Of a DNA stretch of 64,000 bases, positions 36,660 to 45,191 are shown piece after piece. The first letter of the stretch is position 1, and the number at the start of each line of letters is the position of its first letter. The DNA is taken from contig JAXLTC010000001.1 of NCBI GenBank assembly GCA_046330255.1, positions 743,787-807,786 of the forward strand, written 5' to 3'. The position numbers and the translations under genes were made by a program. Under the pieces are notes generated by a model that searched no databases, had not been told where the DNA came from, and saw only the letters and a program-made list of their open reading frames with translations. Origin of the DNA: Solirubrobacteraceae bacterium. Lineage in GTDB: Bacteria > Actinomycetota > Thermoleophilia > Solirubrobacterales > Solirubrobacteraceae.

Positions 36660-37814
36660 ATGCGCCGCGTCGTCGCGTTCATCCTGCTCGGTGCGGCCGT
36701 CGCCGCGCAGGCCTTCGTGCCCGCCGCAACCGAGGCGCGATCCGTCCCGTACGGCTTCGTGGGGATGAACATGGGCCGCGACGAGGCCGACGAGCCCGCG
36801 TGGAGCCAGCCCGAGCTCGCCCTGATGGCCCGCTCCGGCGTCGAGTCGCTGCGGGCGGCCGTCTACTGGTCGAGACTCCAGCCGGCACCCGGCAGGCTGG
36901 AGCTCGGACCGCTCGACGCGCTCGTGGTCGCGGCGGCGCGCAACGGGATCACGGTGCTGCCGACCGTCCTCGGAGCGCCGGGGTGGGCCGAGCTGCCCGG
37001 GCGCGGGCCCGAGCTTCAGGGCCGGATCGGCGGCCGGCTCCTGCGCGTCTACAAGGTGGGCGTGCCGCGGGACCCGGCGGACTATGGCCGGTTCCTGGCC
37101 GTGCTCGCGGCGCGCTACGGCCCGCGCGGGTCGATCTGGGCGCAGAACCCCAGGCTGCTGCGCCGCCCGATCCGCGAGTGGCAGGTGTGGAACGAGCCCG
37201 ACCTGCCGCAGTTCTGGACGCCGCGCTTCGCGCCGAGCTACGTGCGGCTGCTGCGCGCGGCCCGCGTGGCGCTGCGCGCGGTCGACCCCGGCGCGCGCAT
37301 CGTGCTCGCGGGCCTGGCGACGAACATCGTCGGCGGCGTCGTGCGGACCACCTGGCGCTCGCTGCAGGAGATCTACGACGCGGGGGGCCGCGGGCTCTTC
37401 GACGCCGTCTCGGTCCACCCGTACTCGGAGTCCGTCGGCAACATGGTGCTGACGCTGCGGCGAGTACGGGAGATCATGCGGCGCGCCGGCGACTCCCGCG
37501 TTCCGCTGGCGATCACCGAGTTCGGCTGGTCGTCGCGCTTCGGGGCGCGCGGCGCTCGCCGGCAGTCGGCGCTGGTCGCCGACTCCTTCGCGCGGCTCGC
37601 GGCCCTGCGACGCCGCCTGCGCATCGAGTCGGCCTACTGGTACATGTGGTCCTCGCCCGACTCCGGGCACAACCTCTTCCAGTACACGGGACTGCGCCGG
37701 CAGGGCCCGCACGGGATGACGTCCAAGCCGGCGATGGCCGCGCTGCGGCGCGTCGCGCTGGAGCTCGAGGGATGCGACGCCAAGGCGCGGGCCGACCGCT
37801 GCCTGTCGTCATGA
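36660..37814 (+). CDS. secreted clan GH-A-like glycoside hydrolase (GH5/GH39-like)
   Basis: ATG at 36660 with signal peptide [18 protein letters not shown]. Acid/base WQVWNEPD and nucleophile AITEFGWSS. Confidence 0.7.
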   Translation: MRRVVAFILLGAAVAAQAFVPAATEARSVPYGFVGMNMGRDEADEPAWSQPELALMARSGVESLRAAVYWSRLQPAPGRLELGPLDALVVAAARNGITVLPTVLGAPGWAELPGRGPELQGRIGGRLLRVYKVGVPRDPADYGRFLAVLAARYGPRGSIWAQNPRLLRRPIREWQVWNEPDLPQFWTPRFAPSYVRLLRAARVALRAVDPGARIVLAGLATNIVGGVVRTTWRSLQEIYDAGGRGLFDAVSVHPYSESVGNMVLTLRRVREIMRRAGDSRVPLAITEFGWSSRFGARGARRQSALVADSFARLAALRRRLRIESAYWYMWSSPDSGHNLFQYTGLRRQGPHGMTSKPAMAALRRVALELEGCDAKARADRCLSS

Positions 37815-38965
37815 GCGCCCGGCTCGCCGCGGCGCTCGCAATGGCCGCGACCTTGGCGGCCGCGGCGCCGTCCGCCGCGTCCGGGGCCCTGCCCCGGGAC
37901 TTCTTCGGGGTCGGGCTCGACCAGCGCACGCTCGCGAACGAGCAGGTGGACCGTGCGGCGGAGTTCGCGCTGATGCGGGCGAGCGGGGTCGAGACGGTGC
38001 GCGTTCGCGTGAGCTGGGCGAACGCCCAGCCCAGGCCGCCCGGCGGACCGCTGCCGCGCGGATGGGAGCCGGTCGGCGGGGTGGCGACCTCCTTCGCGAG
38101 CACGGACTACCTGATGCTCGCGGCCGGACGGTTCGGGCTCGCGGTCCAGCTCGCGGTGGACGACGCCCCGCGCTGGGCGCGCCGCGGGCGCGAGCAGCGC
38201 TCCCCACCGTCGGGAACGCGCCGCTACGCGGCGTTCGTCGAGGCGCTGGTCGCGCGCTACAGGCCCGACTCGCCCTTCTGGACGGGGCTCGGGGTGCCGG
38301 CGGCGCTGCGCGCGCGGATCGCGGGACTCGAGGTGTGGACGGAGCCCAACCTGCTCACCGGGTGGGTGGTCCACCCGTTGCTCCCCTACGACGGTCACAC
38401 GCTGCAGGGCGCCTACGCACGCCTGCTGCGCGCGACCCGGCTCGCCGTCCGGCGCGCGGACCCGCGCGTCCGGGTGCTGGTCGGAGCGCTGGCGGCGCGC
38501 AGCTGGGACGCGCTCGCACGGCTCTACCGCCTCGGCGGGCGAGGCGCGTTCGACGGGGTCGCGCTCGAGGTCTACGGCGCGCGCGTCCGCGACCTCCTCG
38601 CCGACATCGGGCGCGTTCGGCGAGTCCTGCGCCGCCACGGAGGCGGCCCGGTGCCGATCGTGGTCGCGCAGATGGGCTGGAGCTCGGCCGCACACCTGAC
38701 GCTCGAGGGCGACGAGCTGGTGTTGGACAGCGACGAGCGCGGCCAGGCCCGCCTGGCCGCCGAGTCGCTGCAGGCCCTCGCCGCCGCGCGCCGGCGGCTG
38801 GGGATATCGCGCGTCGTGTGGGCGTCGTGGGTCACCGCCGACCGCGACCTCGAGAACGGCTTCGACTACGTCGGCCTGCGCCGCCTGGACGACTTCGGCG
38901 TCGTCTCGAAGCCGGCCCTCCGCGCCTACGCGCGGACAGCGCTGGCGCTCGAGTCGCGCGGCTGA
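37811..38965 (+). CDS. secreted GH-A-like paralog with substituted catalytic residues (probable pseudo-enzyme)
   Basis: The ATG overlaps the upstream stop (ATGA). Signal peptide. The equivalent motifs read LEVWTEPN and VVAQMGWSS, so the nucleophile Glu is replaced by Gln. Confidence 0.65.
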   Translation: MSARLAAALAMAATLAAAAPSAASGALPRDFFGVGLDQRTLANEQVDRAAEFALMRASGVETVRVRVSWANAQPRPPGGPLPRGWEPVGGVATSFASTDYLMLAAGRFGLAVQLAVDDAPRWARRGREQRSPPSGTRRYAAFVEALVARYRPDSPFWTGLGVPAALRARIAGLEVWTEPNLLTGWVVHPLLPYDGHTLQGAYARLLRATRLAVRRADPRVRVLVGALAARSWDALARLYRLGGRGAFDGVALEVYGARVRDLLADIGRVRRVLRRHGGGPVPIVVAQMGWSSAAHLTLEGDELVLDSDERGQARLAAESLQALAAARRRLGISRVVWASWVTADRDLENGFDYVGLRRLDDFGVVSKPALRAYARTALALESRG

Positions 38966-40263
38966 CCGCGCGAGGCCCCCGCGCGCACGGAACGGTCGAG
39001 CAGCTCCATCGGGTGCACGATCGCCGGCGGATGTCCGGCGGCCCGCAGGTGGGCGGCGATCTGGACCGAGCAGCCGGGATTCGCCGAGACGATCGTCTCG
39101 GCGCCGGTCGCGAGCAGGTTGCGCGCCTTGCGGGCGCCGAGCTCGCGCGCGGGCCCCGGCTCGAGCAGGTTGTGCACGCCCGCCGAGCCGCAGCAGATCT
39201 CCCACTCGCCGGGCTCCACCAACTCGAGCCCGGGGACCTCTCCCAGCAGCCGCCGCGGCTGCGCGCGGACGCCCTGCGCGTGGGCGAGGTGGCACGCGTC
39301 GTGGTATACGGCGCGCATCGGCAACGGACCGCGCGCGGCGCGCGTACCGGCAGCCGCGAGATGCTCGTGCACGTCGCGCACCCGCGCCGAGAAGTCGCGC
39401 GCGCGCCGCGCCCACTCGGGCTCGTCGGCCAGCAGGTCGCCGTAGTCCTTCATCCCCGAGCCGCAGCCCGCCGCGTTCGAGACCACCGTCTCGCACCCGT
39501 CGAAGGCGTCGATCGTCGCCTTCGCGAGCGCCCGCGCCTCCCGCTCGGATCCGCTGTGCAGCTGCAGCGATCCGCAGCAGCGCGGAAGGCGCGGGGCGAG
39601 CACCTCGAAGCCCTCGGCGGAAAGCACCCGCACCGTGGCCGCATTGACATCGCCGAAGAAGGCGCGCTGGACGCAGCCCTGCACCAGGCCGACGCGGCCA
39701 CGCGCCGGACCGAGTGCCGGAGTGCGCTCCGCGAGCCGGTGCAGCGCGGCGCGCGCCGGCGCGCGGGGGGTGAGCGCGAGCAGCGCGCGCAGGCGCGGGA
39801 CCCGCCCGAGCAGGCCCCCGCGCCGGCGCATCGCGGCGGTGCCCATGCCGAGCCTGCCGGCGGCCGCCGCCGCAGGCGCTACCGCGCGCAGGCGGCCCGG
39901 ATGGGTGAAGAGCCCGAAAAGCGCGGCCCGGTACGCGCGATCGGCGCGCGAGCGCGGGTGCAGACGCTCCACCTGCGCGCGCGTCTGCTGCAGCAGCAGG
40001 TCGTAACGCACCCCGGACGGGCACGCGGTGACGCACGCCATGCAGCCCAGGCAGCGATCGAAATGGGTGACCATCTCGCCTGACAGCTCGGGCTGCTCGT
40101 GCCCCAGCCGCATCAGCTCGATCCGGCCCCGCGGCGAGTCCGGCTCGCTCGCCCACAGCGCATAGGTCGGGCAGCTCGGCAGGCAGAAGCCGCAGTGGAC
40201 GCAGTCCCGGAGCAGCGCCGGGTCGGGCGGGCGGCGGTGGTCCCACGCGGAGGAGGCGCCCAT
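38926..40263 (-). CDS. glcF: glycolate oxidase iron-sulfur subunit
   Basis: Two 4Fe-4S motifs, CVHCGFCLPSCP and CLGCMACVTACP, plus two CCG domains (PRCCGS, ICCGSAG). Confidence 0.85.
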   Translation of the reverse strand: MGASSAWDHRRPPDPALLRDCVHCGFCLPSCPTYALWASEPDSPRGRIELMRLGHEQPELSGEMVTHFDRCLGCMACVTACPSGVRYDLLLQQTRAQVERLHPRSRADRAYRAALFGLFTHPGRLRAVAPAAAAAGRLGMGTAAMRRRGGLLGRVPRLRALLALTPRAPARAALHRLAERTPALGPARGRVGLVQGCVQRAFFGDVNAATVRVLSAEGFEVLAPRLPRCCGSLQLHSGSEREARALAKATIDAFDGCETVVSNAAGCGSGMKDYGDLLADEPEWARRARDFSARVRDVHEHLAAAGTRAARGPLPMRAVYHDACHLAHAQGVRAQPRRLLGEVPGLELVEPGEWEICCGSAGVHNLLEPGPARELGARKARNLLATGAETIVSANPGCSVQIAAHLRAAGHPPAIVHPMELLDRSVRAGASRGQPRDSSASAVRA

Positions 40264-41414
40264 CAGATGCCGCCCGCGAAGACGCCCGGGCTGCAGGTGC
40301 CGGCCGGGTCGAAGCGCGCCTTGACGCGCCGCATCAGGTCGAGCGCCGGTCCGTCCGGGACGCCCCAGCCGTCGACCGCGGCACGCAGCTCGCGGGGGCC
40401 CTCCTGGAGCACGACCGGCAGCGGGTGGAGCCGCCGGCGGAGCTCCGAGAGCCCGGCGGCGGCGTCGGTGCCCGCCGGTAGTGCGATCCAGGTCAGGCCG
40501 AGCGCGGCGCGGCCCACGGCCGAATCGGCGCCGGTTGCCGCGGCCGCCTCGAGGACCTCGGCGAGCCGCGAGGGAAGCCCCGCGACTCGCACGACCGCGG
40601 CGCCGGGCGCGGCGCGCTGCGCCTCGCGCTGCGCGGCCCACAGCGGCTCGTCGCTCTCCTCCGAAGGCTCCGGGTCGAGGCCGGCCCGGCCCAGCACGTC
40701 CGCCGCGCGGGATGCGAGCCGGCCCGCGGCGCGGCCACCGGCCCGCGCGAGGATCGCGCCGCCGTCCGGCGTCCAGCGCACGTCGAGCGCCTCCAGCTCG
40801 AGCGGCTCCGCGCCTAGCGCCGCGGCGCCGCGCGCGAGCGCCCCGGGCTCCGCGGCGCGCGCCACGACGGTGGCTGTCGAAGCCGGGAGCGGATGCAGCC
40901 GGACGACGACCTCGACGATCGTGCCGAGCGTCCCGAACGAGCCGGCGTAGAGCTTCGCGAGGTCGTAGCCGGCGACGTTCTTGATGACCCGGCTGCCGGT
41001 CTTCGCGAGCGTGCCGTCCGCCAGCGCGACGGTCGCGCCGAGGACGAGGTCGCGGGCCGAGCCGTGCCGGTGGCGCCACGGACCGGAGTCCGCGGTCGCC
41101 ACGACGCCGCCGATCGTCGCCGCGCCGCCCGGGTCCGGCGGGTCGAGCGCGAGCGCCTGGGCGTGCTCGGCGAACGCCTGCTGGGCGCGGGCGAGCGGAA
41201 GCCCGGCCCGCAGCACCGCCGTCAGGTCCCCGGGGTCGTAGGCCACGATCTCCTCGAGCGCGCCGGTCGACAACTCGATCTCGGCCCCGCGACCGGGCGC
41301 GCCCCACGCGCGCTTCGTGCCGCCCCCCGAGGGGCGCACGCGCTCGCCGGCGGCGGCGGCCCGCGCGAGCACGGCGGCGGCCGCTCCCGGGTCGGCCGGC
41401 CGCTCGACGCGCAT
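40263..41414 (-). CDS. glcE: glycolate oxidase FAD-binding subunit
   Basis: ATG at 41414. FAD_binding_4 pattern PSGGGTK, VIKNVAGYDLAKL and GSFGTLG. Lies between glcD and glcF. Confidence 0.8.
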   Translation of the reverse strand: MRVERPADPGAAAAVLARAAAAGERVRPSGGGTKRAWGAPGRGAEIELSTGALEEIVAYDPGDLTAVLRAGLPLARAQQAFAEHAQALALDPPDPGGAATIGGVVATADSGPWRHRHGSARDLVLGATVALADGTLAKTGSRVIKNVAGYDLAKLYAGSFGTLGTIVEVVVRLHPLPASTATVVARAAEPGALARGAAALGAEPLELEALDVRWTPDGGAILARAGGRAAGRLASRAADVLGRAGLDPEPSEESDEPLWAAQREAQRAAPGAAVVRVAGLPSRLAEVLEAAAATGADSAVGRAALGLTWIALPAGTDAAAGLSELRRRLHPLPVVLQEGPRELRAAVDGWGVPDGPALDLMRRVKARFDPAGTCSPGVFAGGI

Positions 41415-41416
41415 GG

Positions 41417-42901
41417 CTAGAAGCGCTCCGCGAGGCCCGCGCGCTCGAGCGGGTGCTCGCGGTAGGGCCCGGGCACCTCGCCGCACAGGCGCGGAGTCGG
41501 CATCAGCTTGCCCGGATTCGCGAGGCCATCCGGGTCGAACGCGCAGCGCAGCCGCGAGAACGCCTCTAGATCGGGCGCCGAGAACATCTTCGGCATGTGG
41601 CGGCGCTTGTCCACGCCCACGCCGTGCTCGCCCGTGATCGAGCCGCCGTCCCGCAGGCAGGCGTCGAGGATCTCGGCCGCCAGCCGCTCCGCCCGCTCCG
41701 CCTCCCCCGCGCGCTCGCCGTCGTAGCAGACCAGCGGGTGCAGGTTGCCGTCGCCGGCGTGGAACACGTTCGCGACCCGCAGGCCGTGCTCCGCCGCCAG
41801 CGCCGCGATCTCGTCGAGCACGTCCGGAAGGCGGGTCCGGGGAACGACTCCGTCCTGCACGTAGTAGTTCGGGCTGACGCGCCCCATCGCGGGGAACGCG
41901 CCGCGGCGCACCTTCCACAGCAACTCGCGCTCGTGCCGGTCGGCGGCCACCCGGATGCCGGTGCAACCGTGGTCCTTGCAGCGCCGCCGCACCTCCGACA
42001 GGCGCTCCCCGCACTCCTCGGCGGTGCCGTCCAGTTCGACCAGGAGCGCGGCGCCGGCGTCGAGCGGGTAGCCGGCGCCGACGAGCGGCTCGGCGGCGGC
42101 GATCGCGAACGCGTCCATCAGCTCTATCGCCCCCGGGACGACGCCCGCCGCGACGATCGCCGAGACGGCCTGCGCGGCCGCCCGCGTGGAGTCGAAGAAG
42201 GCGGCGACGGTCTCGACCGCCTCCGGCGCGGGCACCACGCGCAGCGTGATCCTGGTCGCCACGCCGAGCGTCCCCTCCGATCCGACGAACGCGCCGAGCA
42301 GGTCGTAGCCCGGGACCTCCGGCGCGCTGCCTCCCAACTCGACGACGGTGCCGTCCGTCAGGACCACCTCGGCGCCGGCGACGTAGTTGGTGGTGAACCC
42401 GTACTTGAAGCAGTGGGCCCCGCCCGAGTTCTCGGCCACGTTGCCGCCGATCGAGCAGACGACCTGGCTCGAGGGGTCCGGGGGATAGAAGAGATGCGGC
42501 GCGACGGCATGGGAGACCGCGGCGTTGGTGACGCCGGGCTCCACCACGACGCGCCTGTCGTCGAGGTCGACCTCGAGGATCCGCCGCAACCGGGAGAGCA
42601 CGAGCAGCACGCCGCTCTCGACCGGCAGCGCGCCGCCGGAGAGCCCGCTGCCCGCCCCGCGCGCGACCCAGGGCACCCTCAGCTCGTGGCAGAGGCGCAC
42701 GACGGCGACGACCTCCGCGGCGGAGCCGGGCAGCACCGCCGCGCGCGGCATCGCGCGGTAGCGCTGCAGCCCGTCCGACTCGTAGGCGCGCAGCGCGTGC
42801 GGGTGGCAGACGACGTGGTCGTCGCCACAGATCGCGCGCAGGCGTCCGGGCAGCTCGCCTCCGGGCCCGGTCACGGCCGTGCGCTGCGCTCCCGCGCTCA
42901 T
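41417..42901 (-). CDS. glcD: glycolate oxidase / FAD-linked oxidase subunit
   Basis: 494 aa. Motifs ARGAGSGLSGGA, GGNVAENSGG, GSEGTLG and GDGNLHP..GGSITGEHGVG. Confidence 0.9.
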   Translation of the reverse strand: MSAGAQRTAVTGPGGELPGRLRAICGDDHVVCHPHALRAYESDGLQRYRAMPRAAVLPGSAAEVVAVVRLCHELRVPWVARGAGSGLSGGALPVESGVLLVLSRLRRILEVDLDDRRVVVEPGVTNAAVSHAVAPHLFYPPDPSSQVVCSIGGNVAENSGGAHCFKYGFTTNYVAGAEVVLTDGTVVELGGSAPEVPGYDLLGAFVGSEGTLGVATRITLRVVPAPEAVETVAAFFDSTRAAAQAVSAIVAAGVVPGAIELMDAFAIAAAEPLVGAGYPLDAGAALLVELDGTAEECGERLSEVRRRCKDHGCTGIRVAADRHERELLWKVRRGAFPAMGRVSPNYYVQDGVVPRTRLPDVLDEIAALAAEHGLRVANVFHAGDGNLHPLVCYDGERAGEAERAERLAAEILDACLRDGGSITGEHGVGVDKRRHMPKMFSAPDLEAFSRLRCAFDPDGLANPGKLMPTPRLCGEVPGPYREHPLERAGLAERF

Positions 42902-42979
42902 GGGCGAACCGTACGCGAAGGTGGCGCAGGATTGGCACGGCGCGTCCGCCGCCCGCCTTCACGTACGCTGCCGTTCCGG

Positions 42980-44788
42980 ATGAGCGCGCAGCGGCGCAGG
43001 ATCGCACCCGCCTTCGCGGCTGTGGCGCTCCTGTCCCTGCTCGCGGCTCCGGCCGCCGCGCGAGCCGACTGCGCGGCGGCGCACGCGCCGCCCGGGCTGC
43101 GCTGGCGCGCCGCCTGGGCGACGGCGATGCAGGGCGCCTACCCGTGGGGAGTCGCGGTTGCGCAGCCGGCCGACCTGGGCGGCGCGCTCACGGGCGACGA
43201 GGCCCGCGATCAGACGTTCCGCATGGTCGCGCGGCCCGATCCGCGCGGCGCCCTCCTGCGCCTGCGGCTCACCAACCGCTTCGGCGAGCGCCCGCTGACG
43301 ATCGGTCCCGTGCGGATCGGGCGCACCGTCCACGCGCCGGACGGGACCCCGACGGCCGGCGTGACCGCGCAGCGACAGGTCACGTTCTGCGGGGGCGCCG
43401 CCACCGTGACGATCGCGCCCGGCGCGGACGCGGTGAGCGACCCGGTCGCCCGCCCGGCGCGGGCCGGCGCCTGGGCGGAACTCTCGACGAGCATCGCGGT
43501 GCCACCGCAGCCGTCGGCCGGCGGCGCGACCGGCCCGATCGACTGGCACGCGGCGGCCTACGTCACCTCGTTCCTGACACCGCCCGGCTCCGGCGACCGG
43601 ACCGCGGACGAGCCCGGAGCGACGTTCACCGCGCGCACGACCTCGACGTTCCTGCTCGACGGGATCGCGGCCGCCGTGCCGCCGGGCGACGCGGGCGGCG
43701 CAACCGTCGCGCTCGGCGACTCGATCACCGACGGCGCGTTCGTGCCCGTGGACTCAGGGGAGCGCTGGGTCGATCTCGCCGCCCGCGAGCTCGCGGCGAC
43801 CGCGGACGGGCCGGCGCTCGTCAACGCCGGGATCGGCGGAAACCACCTGCTCCCGCTGCCGGCGGACATGGTGGCGGACGAGTCGTTCGGCGGCCGCCAG
43901 GCGATTCGGCGGTTTGTCGACGACGTGCTGTCGCGCCCTGGGGTCACGCACCTGCTGGTGCTCGAGGGCATCAACGACCTTAGGCGGTGGGACGGTGACC
44001 CGATGGCGCGCGCCGCCGAGCTCGAGGCAGCGCTCGCGCAGGTCGTCGCCACCGGGCGCGCCCACGGTTTGAGGGTCGTGCTCGGCACGCTGCTCCCGTA
44101 CGGCGGGGCGGGGGCCACAGCAGCCGGGGAGCGGACGCGCTCCGCGCTGAACGGCTGGATCAGGGCGAGCGCCGCCGCCGGGCGCTCTGACGGAGTGATC
44201 GACTTCGACGCCGCGATGCCGCAGACCGGGAGCGCCGACGGGATCCCGGCGATCGCCCCGGCCTACACGACCGACGGCCTCCACCCCAACGCGGCGGGCG
44301 CCCGCGCGATGGCCGCCGCGGTTGTGGCGCGCCGCTCGCTGCTCGCCGGGCCGGCGGTTGGCCCGGGCGGCGCGCCCGAGCGCTCGCGGAACCGGCCCGC
44401 GGCGCGCGCGCGGCCGCGGATCCGGTCCGTGCGCCTGGACCGCACCGGGCGCACGTTCGTGCTGCGGGTGGGCGTGAGCACCGCGGGCATCGTCGAAGTC
44501 CGGCTGTTGCGGGCCGTCCGCGGGCACCGCGTCGGGCGCACCTGCCGCACCGGGCGCCGCCGGCACGAGCGCGCCTGCACGGCATGGCGCACGGTCACCA
44601 CGCTGCGCGCGCACACAGGGCGGGCGGGCCGCGTCATTGCGCTGCCGCGCCGCCTGCGCCCGGGGCGCTACCGCACGACGGCGACGCTGGTCGCGGGCCG
44701 CCGGCGATCGGCCGCGCGCGAGGTGGGGTTCACCGTCCGGGCGCCGCGGCGCGTGGGGCCCGGCCGCCCGGCCGCAGGTCGACCCTGA
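42980..44788 (+). CDS. secreted SGNH/GDSL hydrolase with N-terminal beta-sandwich-like and C-terminal Arg-rich domains
   Basis: ATG at 42980 with signal peptide [25 protein letters not shown] blocks ALGDSITDG, NAGIGGN and DGLHPN. Confidence 0.75.
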   Translation: MSAQRRRIAPAFAAVALLSLLAAPAAARADCAAAHAPPGLRWRAAWATAMQGAYPWGVAVAQPADLGGALTGDEARDQTFRMVARPDPRGALLRLRLTNRFGERPLTIGPVRIGRTVHAPDGTPTAGVTAQRQVTFCGGAATVTIAPGADAVSDPVARPARAGAWAELSTSIAVPPQPSAGGATGPIDWHAAAYVTSFLTPPGSGDRTADEPGATFTARTTSTFLLDGIAAAVPPGDAGGATVALGDSITDGAFVPVDSGERWVDLAARELAATADGPALVNAGIGGNHLLPLPADMVADESFGGRQAIRRFVDDVLSRPGVTHLLVLEGINDLRRWDGDPMARAAELEAALAQVVATGRAHGLRVVLGTLLPYGGAGATAAGERTRSALNGWIRASAAAGRSDGVIDFDAAMPQTGSADGIPAIAPAYTTDGLHPNAAGARAMAAAVVARRSLLAGPAVGPGGAPERSRNRPAARARPRIRSVRLDRTGRTFVLRVGVSTAGIVEVRLLRAVRGHRVGRTCRTGRRRHERACTAWRTVTTLRAHTGRAGRVIALPRRLRPGRYRTTATLVAGRRRSAAREVGFTVRAPRRVGPGRPAAGRP

Positions 44789-45191
44789 CCGGCTGACCCG
44801 AGCGGATCCAGTAGCTGAGGTCCTCGGTCGCGGCGTCGTCGTACTTGGCCAGCAGCAGCGTCCGCGCTCGCTCGACCTCGGGGCCCGGGTCGAGCACGCG
44901 GGCGCGGCCGCGCAGGGCGACCTCGCCGATGCGCACCGACACGGCCGGGTCGCGCAGGACGTCCCGCACCCAGCCCGGCAGCGGCCCGGGCTCCGCCAGC
45001 GCGTAGAGCCGCCGACCGTCGAGCGCGTACGGCAACTCGACGATCCGCAGCCGCCCGCTCACGCGCTCGGTGGTGGTCAGGTGGCACGCGGGCTCCCCGG
45101 CGAGCGCCGACCCGCCACCCGTGTCCGCGCTCAGGGCGTCGTCACGGCCGCCGGCCCGGCGGCGGTGCTGTTGCGCCCGATCAGGTCCCAC
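44730..45191 (-). CDS. nitroreductase/deazaflavin-dependent oxidoreductase-like (DUF385-like) small protein
   Basis: Pattern LTTT.R.SGR.R...L.Y..DG..LY, WVRDVLRDPAVSVRIG ... GRARV. Start uncertain: the only canonical upstream start overlaps the preceding gene by 61 nt. Confidence 0.5.
   Translation of the reverse strand: MGPDRAQQHRRRAGGRDDALSADTGGGSALAGEPACHLTTTERVSGRLRIVELPYALDGRRLYALAEPGPLPGWVRDVLRDPAVSVRIGEVALRGRARVLDPGPEVERARTLLLAKYDDAATEDLSYWIRSGQPVRVDLRPGGRAPRAAAPGR

Noticed and set aside
32813-38965. 2050-aa plus-strand ORF, the longest in the track
   Set aside because: Only its last 384 codons (37811-38965) form a real gene. The rest runs antisense to hyuA, the VOC gene and trpB2, or out of frame with the first GH gene. 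It has Arg/Ala/Gly/Pro low-complexity composition typical of off-frame translation at 72% GC, and no motifs.
38926-38965. 40-nt convergent overlap of the GH-like paralog and glcF, and the 59-nt overlap at 44730-44788
   Set aside because: These are probably just unconstrained C-terminal tails in a stop-poor genome. There is no repeat or hairpin signal that would suggest a functional antisense arrangement.
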